Both the position numbers and the translations under genes were made by a program. A stretch of DNA of 63,972 bases, the filler included, from Pelomyxa schiedti (taxonomy: Eukaryota > Protista > Evosea), in NCBI GenBank assembly GCA_020536535.1. It is 9 parts of 9 records of this genome, joined end to end, with 100 filler letters (N's around TTAATTAATTAA, not from the genome) between each part and the next. Parts side by side here need not be neighbours in the genome. Positions count along the whole stretch, not along the records: positions 1 to 5,511 come from JAHLWZ010000519.1; positions 5,612 to 15,426 come from JAHLWZ010001284.1; 7 more parts are not named here. One strand, 5' to 3'. The notes beneath the pieces were generated by a model. That model saw only the letters and a program-made list of their open reading frames with translations, ran no database searches and was not told where the DNA came from. Positions 1-11,475 of this stretch are shown here, piece by piece; the first letter of the stretch is position 1, and every line of letters begins with the position of its first letter.

Positions 1-670
1 TGTTAGCAGAAATGCCGACGCATGAGAGTTTGCTGTTCTCACTGACTGTATACGCTGTCCTGTCAGTAGAAGATTTAGGCGATGTCGTTCGTCGTTTCGC
101 AATACGATGAAGGTGGAGTCGGCCGGTGGTCGCAGACGAGTACTTACAACACGTAAGGCTAAACGTCGCCTGTCATCGTCTGTGGCTGCGGCAGAACATA
201 GTCGCGAAATAAACGCACTGTATGATGCGTCGTTAAATCTATCACCGTTAGGGACGCAGAAACTCCTATCAAAAACCTGTGCGTGACTTGTAGCCGGAAT
301 ACCATTCTGATTTGCTGCCACAATAGAATACCCCTTTGCGTTTAAGTGTGCTACCGCCGACAATCTCGTATGGAATAGAGTGACTGTTATACGAACTTCC
401 TTTCAAATGGATTTGCAAACAGCTCATGTATGTATCACTCCGCACTGCGGGTAGAATCAACGGAGTACTGTAGTGGGTAGATACTTCCAGCAAATTACAG
501 CTGCAATCCGTGTCCGGGACATACAGAGCGTTCGACAAAGAACATGCTTTCCATGTGTCTACTGCTACAATACGATACTTCGCAGCATTCATGCCCTCTG
601 CCTCATACCGATATCCAACCGTATTGAAGCGATTTATTGATATCGTATGCGTAGCCCTCATTCCACACAC
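1..670 (-). CDS. Unidentified possible coding sequence, frameshifted or spliced, running off the window start
   Basis: ORF 269-670 plus an overlapping stop-free frame from about 403 to base 1 (KEVRITVTLFHTRL...ANSHASAFLLT). No motif recognised. Confidence 0.2.
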
Positions 671-1379
671 ATACTAATGTTACACAGAACACCCTATGGT
701 TAATACGCTACAACAAGAAGTCAACCGAAGTCCTTTTACAACTGGTGTGCGAAATAAATGGCCTGCAGCCACGGTATTAATATCTCGCAGATTCCCGACT
801 GCCAGTATGCCAGTACTAACTAACGCTGTATCAGGCACCAAGCGTCTTGTGTCTCAGCCACAAATTCGAAAATACCATAAACGGAAAAGGAGATACAGAT
901 ACAGATTCGCCGTGGCGGTGCGGCAGTAGTCCCGAAGGCCACCCGCTCTATGACGACACGCAAGGCACGCCGCGGACCACCCCGCGACCTCTCCCGCGGC
1001 GGCTGTCGCAAATCGCTTTCTCCCTCAGAAAGGGCTTATGCCGCTCCAGGTTGCCCGAAAAGTTGTTTCCTTCCGAAAAAACGGAGGAAAAAATTGAATT
1101 ATTTATTATTCAGCACATCCCCCCCTCCCCGGACCTCTTCCCCCCTTTAGGTAGAGTGTCGCTTCGCTCCCATTAACTGGGATCAAACAATTAACACTAC
1201 ATTGACATAAGGAGTGTACTCTGAAATGCTCCTAGATGCATAATCGTACAAATTGGGTGGTTTGTTTATTATCACCATAAGGGCAGTCCCTCAGCACTCT
1301 TTCTGATTCTAACTCTGTTGTGAATAAGGGTTGCATTTTCGCAAATTTTCAAGTGAAAAATATGTTTGCACCCTTGGAA

Positions 1380-1900
1380 AGTTGGCGTTTCCAAAAGTGG
1401 ATGAGATGAAGCAGGTCTGGCAAAGATCATTAATGGAGCATACCTGAAGGAGAATGAGAATTGGGGAGACTTGGGATACTGATACAAGATTCATGGGCCC
1501 CAGCAAACCAGAAAACTTGGCATTTCATTAAGACAGCCCAATACTGTAGTAATGGGAGCCGTCAATCCAAAGAGAACCTTCATAAATGAGAACTGGTGAA
1601 ATGAGAGCATGAGAGTCATACCGGAGGTTCGCCTGCTAGCAAACAATAACTTCAGCAATATCAACCAGCTGGTCCAACATAGTGGTCCTACAGCCGGCAG
1701 TGATAGTGCACCTAGAGTAGAATGAGAGAAGTTGGAGGAAAATTGTGAGTGGGACCAACAGTATTCAAGATTGCTGGAGCCAAGGGGATCAACTCCAAGG
1801 ATTTAGCAGGATCAGGCGGAATGGAGTAGAAATGAATGGCTCCATGTAAGTCCAAGCTGCATGACATGAAGATTTGAACGGAAAAGAGGAAAGAACCTAT
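1380..1900 (-). mobile_element. Degenerate Ty3/Gypsy LTR-retrotransposon pol relic (RT end, connection, RNase H, possible integrase tail)
   Basis: Frameshifted minus-strand motifs in Gypsy order: SIPPDPAK (cf. GIxPDPxK), LTIFLQLLSFYSR (cf. LRSFLGLxxYYRR), LISPVLIY..WIDGSHYYSIG(A)VL (cf. TDASxYGIGAVL), YAPLMIFARP (cf. SPFxLxFGRxP). Confidence 0.6.
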
Positions 1901-4573
1901 GGGACTCTGAGGATTGTGCCTGACAATTCAAAGTTCAGGGACACTGATTTGAAACAAATAGTATGCTGCTTATGATCACAGGGATGCAATAGCATAGAAA
2001 GAAGAATCTTTACCAATAACTACATATGTAGCCGGAATTGGTTGAATGGGAGAAGTAAGAATCGAATTCCTGGCAGAGACACCTGCTAGTGGAGCCAGAG
2101 AAATAAGTTGAATATGGGAGCAGAGTGAGAACAAAATTTCAACAAACCCTCAAGTGCAATCACTAGTATGCTGTGAACAAACAAAGGCTGAAATGAAAAA
2201 AAAAAAAAGATAATAAACAGAGCTCTGTGAGATATCGTCAGATAGGTCGAAACAGGAGGGGGTAAGAAGTCGACACTTACCTCGAGAATCTGTTAGGAAT
2301 ACCTATCTTTTGGCCTGGCTTTTCTGAAGGAGGGGCACAATTCTGCCCGAGATTCTTCAGGAGGGCCTGAGAGAAAGCCTGAGAGTACTCAGGGGACACA
2401 ATTTGTCTTCTTGGGGGAGAGGCAGGGAAAGCCACATGACCTTAGGAGGAGGGGGAATAATAGCCCGAGACTCTCCTGCGGGATAAATGGCATTTTGAGT
2501 AACAGCAACTTAGAGGGTCACATACAAATACATGTTCAAAGTTACTTCAGAAAGAATCCTGAGGAAGAACTTGGATTACCAAGTGACTCAGCAGTGTCAG
2601 ATGACTTCTGGAAGGATAAGAAGTACAGATTGGAGAATGGATCTACCTCAGGGATAAGATAAGATACCACCGTGTTGCACAAGACAAATGGTGGAGAAAT
2701 AAGCAAGATACCACATATTGCACTATTGTGGTATATTTCCTGAAATACTGTCAGAGTGGGAATGGAGAACGATGGCTTACAAGTCCGGCAAAGACTAGGA
2801 ATATTCAAGTCCAAATCGCCAATACTCGTGAGAAGCCGATTAAGGATTTTAAGTTTTGAAGGTCAGGTGGTTTGCTAGAACGATAGAGCTCATATCTCCA
2901 TTGACCAAGAATCGCGAAGTATTCACCACATATGCAGAAGAACTTGGCGAAATGGAATAAACACCATACTGAAAATATGGCTGAGAGAGCTGGAAAAGCA
3001 GCGCATTGCGTGTTTGGCTGTTGACTTCTGTTCCGGTATTGTTCTCCTTGCTTTTTTTATTCTATGGTCACTTATTTATTGACTTTTTTCCCCTTACTTT
3101 GTAAAAACAGTTTGTTTTTTTAATTTCGTTTTGTTCTGTAGTTTGAGGATAATGACGAGAAGAAGCAGCCACAGCGGTATGTTTCCATTTGTGTTTTAAG
3201 TCTCCCTCACTCCAACATAGGGCCTCCATGCAGTGACTCAGGCCAACTTCAATGGACCAAGCCGGAACTACATGTATTTTCTTTTCTTAGCCCGGTACTC
3301 CATGCACTCATCTCCCCTTTGGGTAAGTAATGTTGAATAGGTGGTGGGCCCGGCTGAGATGACAGCCTGTCACGAAAGTGGGGTAAGTCCCCCTCCTTTT
3401 TTTATCATCACCCCACTCAAACATAATAGGTACCCCCAGACTTATAGGCAGGCCTGGGAGAATGTGTGTAGCTCTGACCAACTCAGGGTCTCCCTGCATT
3501 GCCACTGCAGCCCTTTTCTGCATTTCCGGCACGGTATGTGGCTCCTTTTTTTCCAGTAATATATTATTCAGGTGGGACTGGCTGGCTTCGGAGCTGATGT
3601 CTATCATCAAGGTAATTCCCTCTCCCTTTTTATCATCACCCCACTCAACAATAACAAGTTAACAGATGCCAGGAGGTTCCCTTCGTCCATTCCCCTCCCC
3701 TCGCGACAGCGGGGCCTATGCCCACATTACCTGAAGTCGAAAATTGACTTCAGGTGAAAAAAAAAAAATCATTCACTTCCAGAAAGTAGTTGCGCTTTTT
3801 TTGTTTTAGCTCCACTCCAGGAGCCGGCGTTTTTTTTTTCGGACTGCGATCCAGAGGAGGATGTAAGGTGGAAAAGGAAATGCTGGCTGACAAACCAAAA
3901 CAGCTCTGTAGCACCACTGCAGTAACATCGAACCGACGCAGTTTGGATGGCAGATATAGGGTTGTAAGTTTGATTTAAACTTAAAGTTGAAGTACACACC
4001 AGTGTTCCTGGTTGGTGATGGTGTCGATCCTATTGTTCTGGTTCCACCTAAAGAAAGTGAGGTGCTTGGTAGTTCTAGTTACATGCACCTTGAGGCACCA
4101 GTGCTGTGAGTAGGGGAGTGATACAGTGCTCAGGACTAGGCGCATTGGGCTTGTTGCTTGTAAGGGATTGTGAGCATATGTGTACCCTGGCTGTCCAGAG
4201 AGAACCCTCGTAGTATACACAATCACAACATAACACAGGTACTTCCTAAGTGTGCCACATGGCTTGGTTTTTTTTTATTTTAATGGTTTTTTTGTTGTTT
4301 GAAACAAAGACCCCCGCGTCGGTTGGCACCGTTTCTAGAAACCCTGACCAGTGTGTGAGAATGGACCGTTGATTGTTCGCGGAAGGTCTTCTGATTTGGA
4401 TCTCTGGGAAACATACTCAGAGTGTGACTCAGCCTATAACTACACCAACCACCAACATAACAAAGGAGTTAAANNNNNNNNNNNNNNNNNNNNNNNNNNN
4501 NNNNNNNNNNNNNNNNNNNNNNNNNNNNNNNNNNNNNNNNNNNNNNNNNNNNNNNNNNNNNNNNNNNNNNNNN

Positions 4574-4950
4574 CGATAGAGCTCATATCTCCATTGACCA
4601 AGAATCGCGAAGTATTCACCACATATGCAGAAGAACTTGGCGAAATGGAATAAACACCATACTGAAAATATGGCTGAGAGAGCTGGAAAAGCAGGAAGTG
4701 AAAAAGTTGCTTGATACTGGTGCAGCAAGGTGGCGAAAGAGTCCAGAATCGTGATACCTGATTCTTCCAAGATGGAAGCTGTTATGCAGTTTCCAGTCCC
4801 AAAGACAGCTGCCATGGAATGGTTGTGAAAGACTACGGTATCAAAGCAAACAGACTGTAGACTATCAGGAGATTGGTGATGGAATAGAAAGGAAGGAAAC
4901 ATGCCTTTGAGAATCTGAATACCCTGCTAGTGTTGAGATTCAGTCCAAGA
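4574..4950 (+). mobile_element. Degenerate Ty3/Gypsy reverse transcriptase fragment
   Basis: LTKNREVFTTYAEELG resembles the RT N-terminal lead-in. VIPDSSKMEAVMQFPVPKT at 4751 matches the RT C-terminal PDPxKxxAVxxFPxPKT motif, followed by HAFENL. Multiple stops. The first 121 bp are also present at 2881-3001. Confidence 0.65.
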
Positions 4951-5485
4951 AGGACAAGCCACATTCAGGAGTGAACCACAAGCTAGAATATGGCTGCTGC
5001 TTTCGTTTTTCCTGTTCAGTTTTTACTGTGGAAAACGGGGTGGAATAATTAATAAGTATACCAAGTATACAGTATTGGTACCAAGCTCATGCTTACATAC
5101 TGGGGCTTGACTGCAATTGCTTTTTGTGATATGGAAAAGCATGACATTTGTGCACCATTGGGCTTGTAGTACCGGAGATATGAGGAAACCAATGAACAGT
5201 GTATATTTCTGGAGGAAGACTTAGCAAAATGAACAGAAACTCCTCCCTACATACTAATATTTGCAGTGCAGCAGGAATGACCTTACTGCTAGGGAAAGAC
5301 TGAACCAGCATTGTACTGTGGTAGAATGTGACTAGCACCGCTGTAGCAATCCTACCATGAGTAGTTTTTGGCAAAGAACACCTTGACATAATGATTACCG
5401 AACTCCATTCTAGAAGGGAGGCTTTCGGTGATGATGGTAATACTGAAGATTGATTTCGAAGGGCCGTAGATTTTCAATACAGGAC

Positions 5486-5511
5486 AGCCCCTTCGCCGGG
5501 CCGAAGGGGCT
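5486..5511. other. Perfect GC-rich hairpin at scaffold end
   Basis: AGCCCCTTCG-ccgggc-CGAAGGGGCT: 10-bp stem, 6-nt loop, ending on the last base before the linker. Confidence 0.8.
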
Positions 5512-5611
5512 NNNNNNNNNNNNNNNNNNNNNNNNNNNNNNNNNNNNNNNNNNNNTTAATTAATTAANNNNNNNNNNNNNNNNNNNNNNNNNNNNNNNNN
5601 NNNNNNNNNNN
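5512..5611. other. Artificial scaffold linker (also 15427-15526, 41797-41896, 46494-46593, 47787-47886, 51051-51150, 61492-61591, 62871-62970)
   Basis: Identical 100-nt N-TTAATTAATTAA-N spacers carrying stops in all six frames. Confidence 0.98.
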
Positions 5612-5613
5612 AA

Positions 5614-6288
5614 AAGGTCATCTATGCCGCAGCAGATGCGTGGCTCGGCCTCAGGTGCGCCGAGCACATCCACTCCAACCTCTCATCCCCGCTCTCGCTG
5701 TTCAAGTGGTGCTCGCGGAATGTTCCGCGGCTGCAGACGCAAGCCGCTATCCACGAGCTCACTCTGCTGGCCAAAGGCTACACTGAACAATTTCATCCAC
5801 GCATTCCATTGCCGAAGCGGTACCGGCCGTTCCCGGTGTGCTCTGGGACATTCAGCCACACAGTCACGCACCCGCGGCCGCAAGTGAAGCCCAAGACCAA
5901 GGTTGCGGCAGCGAGGAAGGCCAAGCTGGAAGAACACCCAGAGTGGAGCGCCGACTCGAGGCTTGCTGCGCTGTCACACAAACGGAAGTCAATTCAGGAA
6001 CAGAGGGCCGCCATTGCGGACAGTATCAGGAAGCTGAAGGAAGCTCCTCCCCCACCTCCTCCACCACAAACACAAACACAAACAGAAACAGAAACAGCAA
6101 CAGCAACACCAACAACGGAATCACAGCAAGAGCAATCAGCAGCAGCACCACAGGCAAAGAGAACGAGAACTGTACACCAACAACCAGGGATAAGCAAAAA
6201 CAACAACACTGGAAACAGCAGGGTGAGGGTCCAACGACAACAACATCTCGTGCAACTGAACAACCTGCTCCTCCTCAACTTGTCCTGA
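5614..6288 (+). CDS. C-terminal part of a DEDDy 3'-5' exonuclease (WRN-exo/EXD2-like), 5' truncated by the scaffold edge
   Basis: The frame begins KVIYAAADAWLGL (ExoIII YAAxDA motif) and is continuous with ORF 5809-6288, which has a low-complexity P/Q/T tail. Confidence 0.65.
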   Translation, partial: KVIYAAADAWLGLRCAEHIHSNLSSPLSLFKWCSRNVPRLQTQAAIHELTLLAKGYTEQFHPRIPLPKRYRPFPVCSGTFSHTVTHPRPQVKPKTKVAAARKAKLEEHPEWSADSRLAALSHKRKSIQEQRAAIADSIRKLKEAPPPPPPPQTQTQTETETATATPTTESQQEQSAAAPQAKRTRTVHQQPGISKNNNTGNSRVRVQRQQHLVQLNNLLLLNLS

Positions 6289-6497
6289 TGAGACAACAAC
6301 ATTTGAACCTCTTGAGTGAGGATTCTGGCACAAAAAAACGAGAAATCAAACACAACAAAACGGAAACGGAATTTGTCAGGTTACACCATCCAACGCCACC
6401 TCCACCTGCTCAAATAACCAATCAGTGAGTGAATCCAACCGTAGTTGCGTTGGAAACCAACTTTGCTCTGATCACCACAACTTTTTTTTCCGGGATC

Positions 6498-8932
6498 ATG
6501 ATGTACGATCCATCATCGTTCCGCCCACCAACGTTGGTCCCCAGTACCACCACCACGTTCGTCACCAATCGCTTCGACAACCTTGAGGGCGGTTACTACA
6601 CGGGCAGGCTAGTCAACAACCAAATGGACGGTCGCGGCACCTGCAGATACCACACGCCGTTGGATAACTACGACGGCCAGTGGTTCCAGGGAGTAAAGGA
6701 GGGGCGAGGGAAGTACACATGGGCTGATGGTACCACTTATGACGGGCAATGGGCCAAGGGTGAGAAGGAAGGGTGGGGGGTGCTGGCAAAACCAAATGGT
6801 GGAAGGTACGAGGGCATGTGGAAAGCTGGACACTGGAGCAGTGGAACCTACTGGTTTGAAGACGGGGTGACTGTCTATGAAGGTGAGTGGACATGGGACC
6901 AAAACGCAGAGGAAAACCTGAGGCATGGAAGGGGTGTGCTTAGGAGGAGGGTGGTAGCACTTCCAGCAGCAACTCCAGCAACAGTTACTGCAGAAACAGT
7001 TCCTGCAGCAAGAACAACAGCAACAGGAAGCAATGTAGCCATTGGAAGACTGCCTGAGAAAGCACTGCACCATAGGCGGAGTAGTAGCAGTGAGAGCCAT
7101 AGTGGAAGTGAGAGTGAGGGGGAAACACAATGTACCTGCAGTTCTTGTATGGTGACAGTTTACGAGGGAGAGTGGTATAGAGACATGGTGCACGGCACAG
7201 GAACCCTGTACTCACCAACTGGGAATGTGTACATAGGGAAGTTTGAGTGTGACAAGAGAAGTGGGAGGGGTACAATGACTTTTTCTGGAGGTGGATGGTA
7301 TTCAGGTTTGTGGAAAAACGATCTCTTTCACGGCCATGGTGAGCGCGTGTGGTCATGCGGTGACAGGTATGAGGGGCAATGGGAAGAGGGAGTGGAGCAT
7401 GGGGAAGGAACCAAGGTGCTTGCGGCTGATGGCTCGACATTAAGAGGATTCTGGGAGAGGGGTGTATCAATGAGAGGAACCCAAACCTGGCCAAATGGTG
7501 ATCAGTTTGAGGGAAAATTCACACAGCAAAGTGGTGGAAAGGACTGGGATGGGGAAGGCTCCATGACAATCCCCAAACAAGAAAGGACTGCCAAGTTTCA
7601 AGGAATCCTCCAACACAGAGTTTTCAAGGGTTGCAATGGAGTTTCACATACAATGGGGACACAGGAAATGCACTTCGGTCCTCAGATGGAGGTTAGAACT
7701 TAGGAACTCATATTTCTTCCTTGACTGGAAATTAGGAACTGAATATGATGTTTAAATTGGCAGTCCAGTTCCAGTTCCAGATACAAGCTACTGCCTCTGA
7801 GCTTGTTGTACTGGTAGATTCCCTTGCAAAAGTTAAACACTGCCTGCAAGTAACAACTGAACAAAATGCCGCTCTTGAAGAAAAGCTTCAGGCTCTCACA
7901 AAGAAGAAGAACACACTGGCAGCAGCACACGAGGAGTGTGAGGTGCAATGCAACAATGTGCTTGGGAAGTCTCTTACCATTCAGAGCAGTGAATCAGAAA
8001 TACAACAGTGCTCCAGCAACATCTTAGCACTGACCAGAAAATTCTTGAGAACAAAATGTACTGACAGTAAACTGGTTGTGCCATCAAAAGGTACCACTGA
8101 TAATCTTGTCAACTCAGTTTGACAATAAAACCACAGATACCCAGAATTTGCCCTTGTATCCACAGACCTTCACCTTCCCCAACACAGTGAAGTATGGTTC
8201 TGCTTCATATCAAGCACCAGCTCCAGCTCCACCAACCGTCTCCCTGGTGGCACTTACAAGCACCCTGCTGAAGCTCCAAGAATTCCAGCTGACAGAGTGC
8301 AACAGGTTAATTGCGCAGCACGCTGTTATCTCCAAGGAATGCACTGAGCAAAGTGATGTTTGTCACCAGCTGCAACAAGATATTGAGGGAATGAAACTAT
8401 CATGTGGGAAGCTTGATGAAACCTACAAGCACATGTTCATGCTGAAACGTGGCCTTGAAGGAGATGAATCGTTCATGTCTCACCCTGTTGTATGGGCTGA
8501 GCTCTCTGAATTACTTCCAGCATCACAACAAGCACTCATTGCTCTGGTGCTTGAACAAAAAGCTTCCAGTACCTCAACACTGACCACTACTGATGCCCTG
8601 TCGTCATCGACAGCATTGCAATCAGGTACAACCACAGCAACCACACAGTCACAGCAACCAGGGTGCACTGCACCAGTCAGCATTGGACCCCAACAAGTTA
8701 GTTCTGATGCCAACCAAACGTTGCCGTGCATTGTGTGTGATGAAAGGCCACGCAACATTCGCCTCCACCCATGTGGTCATGGTGTACTGTGCACAGAGGT
8801 AACAACTCACACAAACAAACAAAAATTATGTTCACTTACAATTTTTCTCTCCCCAACAAGTGTGCAGCTCTTGTGAGGAAATGCCCTTTCTGTCGGGATC
8901 CAATACAAGAGAAACAAAAGCTCTTCCTTTGA
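6498..8932 (+). CDS. MORN-repeat protein with coiled coil and C-terminal C3HC4 RING (putative E3 ligase), spliced
   Basis: Many YxGxWxxGxxxGxG repeats. Predicted introns 7692-7735, 8091-8136 and 8799-8860 join CIVCDERPRNIRLHPCGHGVLCTE to CAALVRKCPFCRDPIQEKQKLFL*. Confidence 0.88.
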
Positions 8933-9579
8933 AAGTCTTCTAAGGACCTGTTGTGTGATTCTGCGAACACACAGGCAAACTGTGCGCAAGGCGCACTTGC
9001 AAGACTCGAGACTGGACACTCAGAGGCTGAGTCATCACTTACCAAGTTCGGAAATCAAGTTCACAGAAAGATCATCGAGATACCCAAGACCTTTCCCTTG
9101 ACTTTGGAATCCTTTATAAACGCACACCAAGTCACCTCATTTCTATACAAAAAATACCAAGAATCCCAATACAAATATACAAAAACACAAATACAAAATC
9201 CCACACAAATAACCTACACCCAAATGTATCCATCCATTCCAAGATGAATAAAATACTTTGTGCCTCTTTGTTCTCTTTTGGTGCAGTTTCCTTTCCCACT
9301 GAAGGAAACACTGTGGATTGTTAATGCTGCACCAAACAACAATGGAAAGAGATGTTGTGTTATCAAATGCAATTGGCAAGAATCATCAGGGTTGCCGTTG
9401 AAATGGAGAGTAACAAGTGATGTTTCAGACAGAGCAATGAGCGAGACGTAGGGTGAAATGCTCCGTTTGTTGATTACACTTGTTTTTTTAAGAACGAACG
9501 ATGGCGTCACACCCAGAGTGGGTTCCAAGCTGTTCCCAAAGGGTGGTTTCAAAATGTGAAAAAACACTACCCAAGTGGA

Positions 9580-10676
9580 GAAAGTGGAGGTAAAATCACA
9601 ACGGGACTTGGGGTAAAATACAAAAAACACTGGTTTCCTCTGTGACAACAAGAAACATGTGAACAATGTGTGTTGCCCACACTGTCGTGTTGCAGTGATT
9701 TTAGAAGACGTCACACTCCTGAACAGTGGTGGAATTGTCCTGACACCCAAACAAAGCTGCCGCACCCCCGTGATCGAGGCCACACCCTCCCCGTTTTTCT
9801 CCCTCCAACAAGAAAAGCATGGCCACACACGACGTTCAGAACGAAACCCAGCCGCCCCCGATGTTTTTTTTTGATGGGTTTTCGGCGTCTTGTAAAACAA
9901 TCGGTGCCTGACAAAAAAGGACGGCGGGTGCGCGGACGCACCAAAAATTCGATTTTGTGCGTCGTTTTTCTCGGCTAGGGAGCCTTGGTGTGTCCTGGAA
10001 ACACGCTCCCCGGGCAGCCCCATCGACGGTCTGCCTGGGCTGCACACTTCCCGCCAACTTGGAGGCCCCAGTGTGGAGAACCAGGCCCACGCACTTTTCA
10101 CTTTTGGTGCGTCCACGCACCCACCAAAAATCTCTGCGCTTTTCGCACACGCTGGTGCTTTTTTTCACGCACCAGTGCGTCCCGTTTTCCTCAGAAAATT
10201 TTCATCATTTTGTTTTTGCGGCCTTGGAGTGTGGGGGCGGGTGCGGGTGGTTCGACGGTGGTTAATGGCATGGGTGGGTGTGGTTGGTCGGGGTGTTGCT
10301 GGCAACAGCTTGAGAATGAAATGCCAGTGTACATTGACTGTGGACAAAATAACAAGGAGTGTGGTGGGCACACTGTGACCCACCACTTTCAAACTGTGAC
10401 TCCCCACACACAACGGTCGTTTTGGCATTTTACCCCAAGTCCCGGGCTCGATGTGGGACCTCCCAATGTGGACACACAGTGGTCCCCATAGTGCCCCTCT
10501 GCCCCATGTACTTTCAGGCCAGGAATGGAAGCGTGGAGTGCAGGACCCCAGTGGTGTGTGTAGGAGAGAGCAAGTGAGAGAGAGCGAGAGAATGAGAGAG
10601 TGAGAGAGCGAGAGCAAGGGCAAGGGCTGTTAGTGCCGAGGTGAAGTGGGTGGAGGTGGAAGTAAAGCCTGACATT
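9580..10676. repeat. Dispersed ~245-bp repeat, interrupted here by the TIR element
   Basis: 9580-9603 plus 10445-10676 align colinearly with 34406-34649 (GAAAGTGGAGGTAAAA...CTCCCAATGTGGACACACAGTGGTCCCC...GA-rich tract...AAGTAAAGCCTGACATT). Confidence 0.85.
9604..10442 (+). mobile_element. Non-autonomous TIR DNA element (MITE-like), 839 bp, flanked by CG on both sides
   Basis: Perfect 16-bp TIR GGACTTGGGGTAAAAT...ATTTTACCCCAAGTCC, imperfect out to about 23 bp. CG at 9602-9603 and 10443-10444. Empty site near 34427. No transposase ORF. Confidence 0.88.
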
Positions 10677-10789
10677 GCACACCAATTTTTTCAAAAAGTG
10701 GGAATGGAAAGATTATGATCGGTTGACACGTCCTCCCTCTAGCAGGCAGAAGGAGCTCCTCCCAGAAATTCGCCACTGGGTGCTGCCAG

Positions 10790-11475
10790 CGTCAAGCTGT
10801 CGCCTACAACACTGACCAACCACCCCCACCCACGCCAAGGCTTCGTCGTCGAACCACAAGCTCCCGCACGCCAAGGCTGAGCAAAAACAAAATGATGAAA
10901 ATTTTCTGAGGAAAACGGGACGCACTGGTGCGTGGAAAAAAACACCAGCGTGTTCGAAAAAGCGCAGAGATTTTTGGCGGGTGCGTGGACGCACCAAAAG
11001 TGAAAAGTGCGCGGGCCTGGTTCTCCGCACTGGGGCCTCCAAGTTGGCGGGAAGTGCGCAGACCAGGCAGACCGTCGATGGGGCTGCCCGGGGAGCGTGT
11101 TTCCAGGACACACAGAGGCTCCGTAGCCGAGAAAAACGACGCACAAAATCGATTTTTTGGTGCGCCCGCGCACCCGCCGTCCTTTTTTGGCACGCACCGA
11201 TTTTTTCACAATCAAAAAAACTTCGTTTCCGGCTGGGTTTCGTTCTGAACGTGTGACCATGCTTTGGGTGTTGGAGGGAGAAAAACGGGGAGGGAGTGGC
11301 CTCGATCACGGTGGTGCGACAGCCTGGTTTGGGTGTCAGGACAAGTCCACCACAGGTGGGGTGTGACGTCGAGTAAAATCAATGCAACACGACAGTGTGG
11401 GCAACACACAGTGTTCACATGTGTTTCTGGATGTCACTCAGGAAACTGGTCTTTTTGGTATTTTACCCCAAGTCC
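10790..11475 (-). mobile_element. Second, diverged and truncated copy of the TIR element in opposite orientation
   Basis: The reverse complement aligns to about 9604-10313 with many substitutions and indels. The intact TIR ends at 11475 followed by CG. The other TIR is absent. Confidence 0.85.

Noticed and set aside
5556-5567. Recurrent TTAATTAATTAA palindrome as a biological motif or CRISPR-like repeat
   Set aside because: Always centred in identical N padding: an artificial six-frame-stop linker.
9214-11418. Long ORFs (e.g. 9214-10116, 10713-11309) as a transposase
   Set aside because: No DDE or HTH motifs, and the frames are not conserved between the two element copies.
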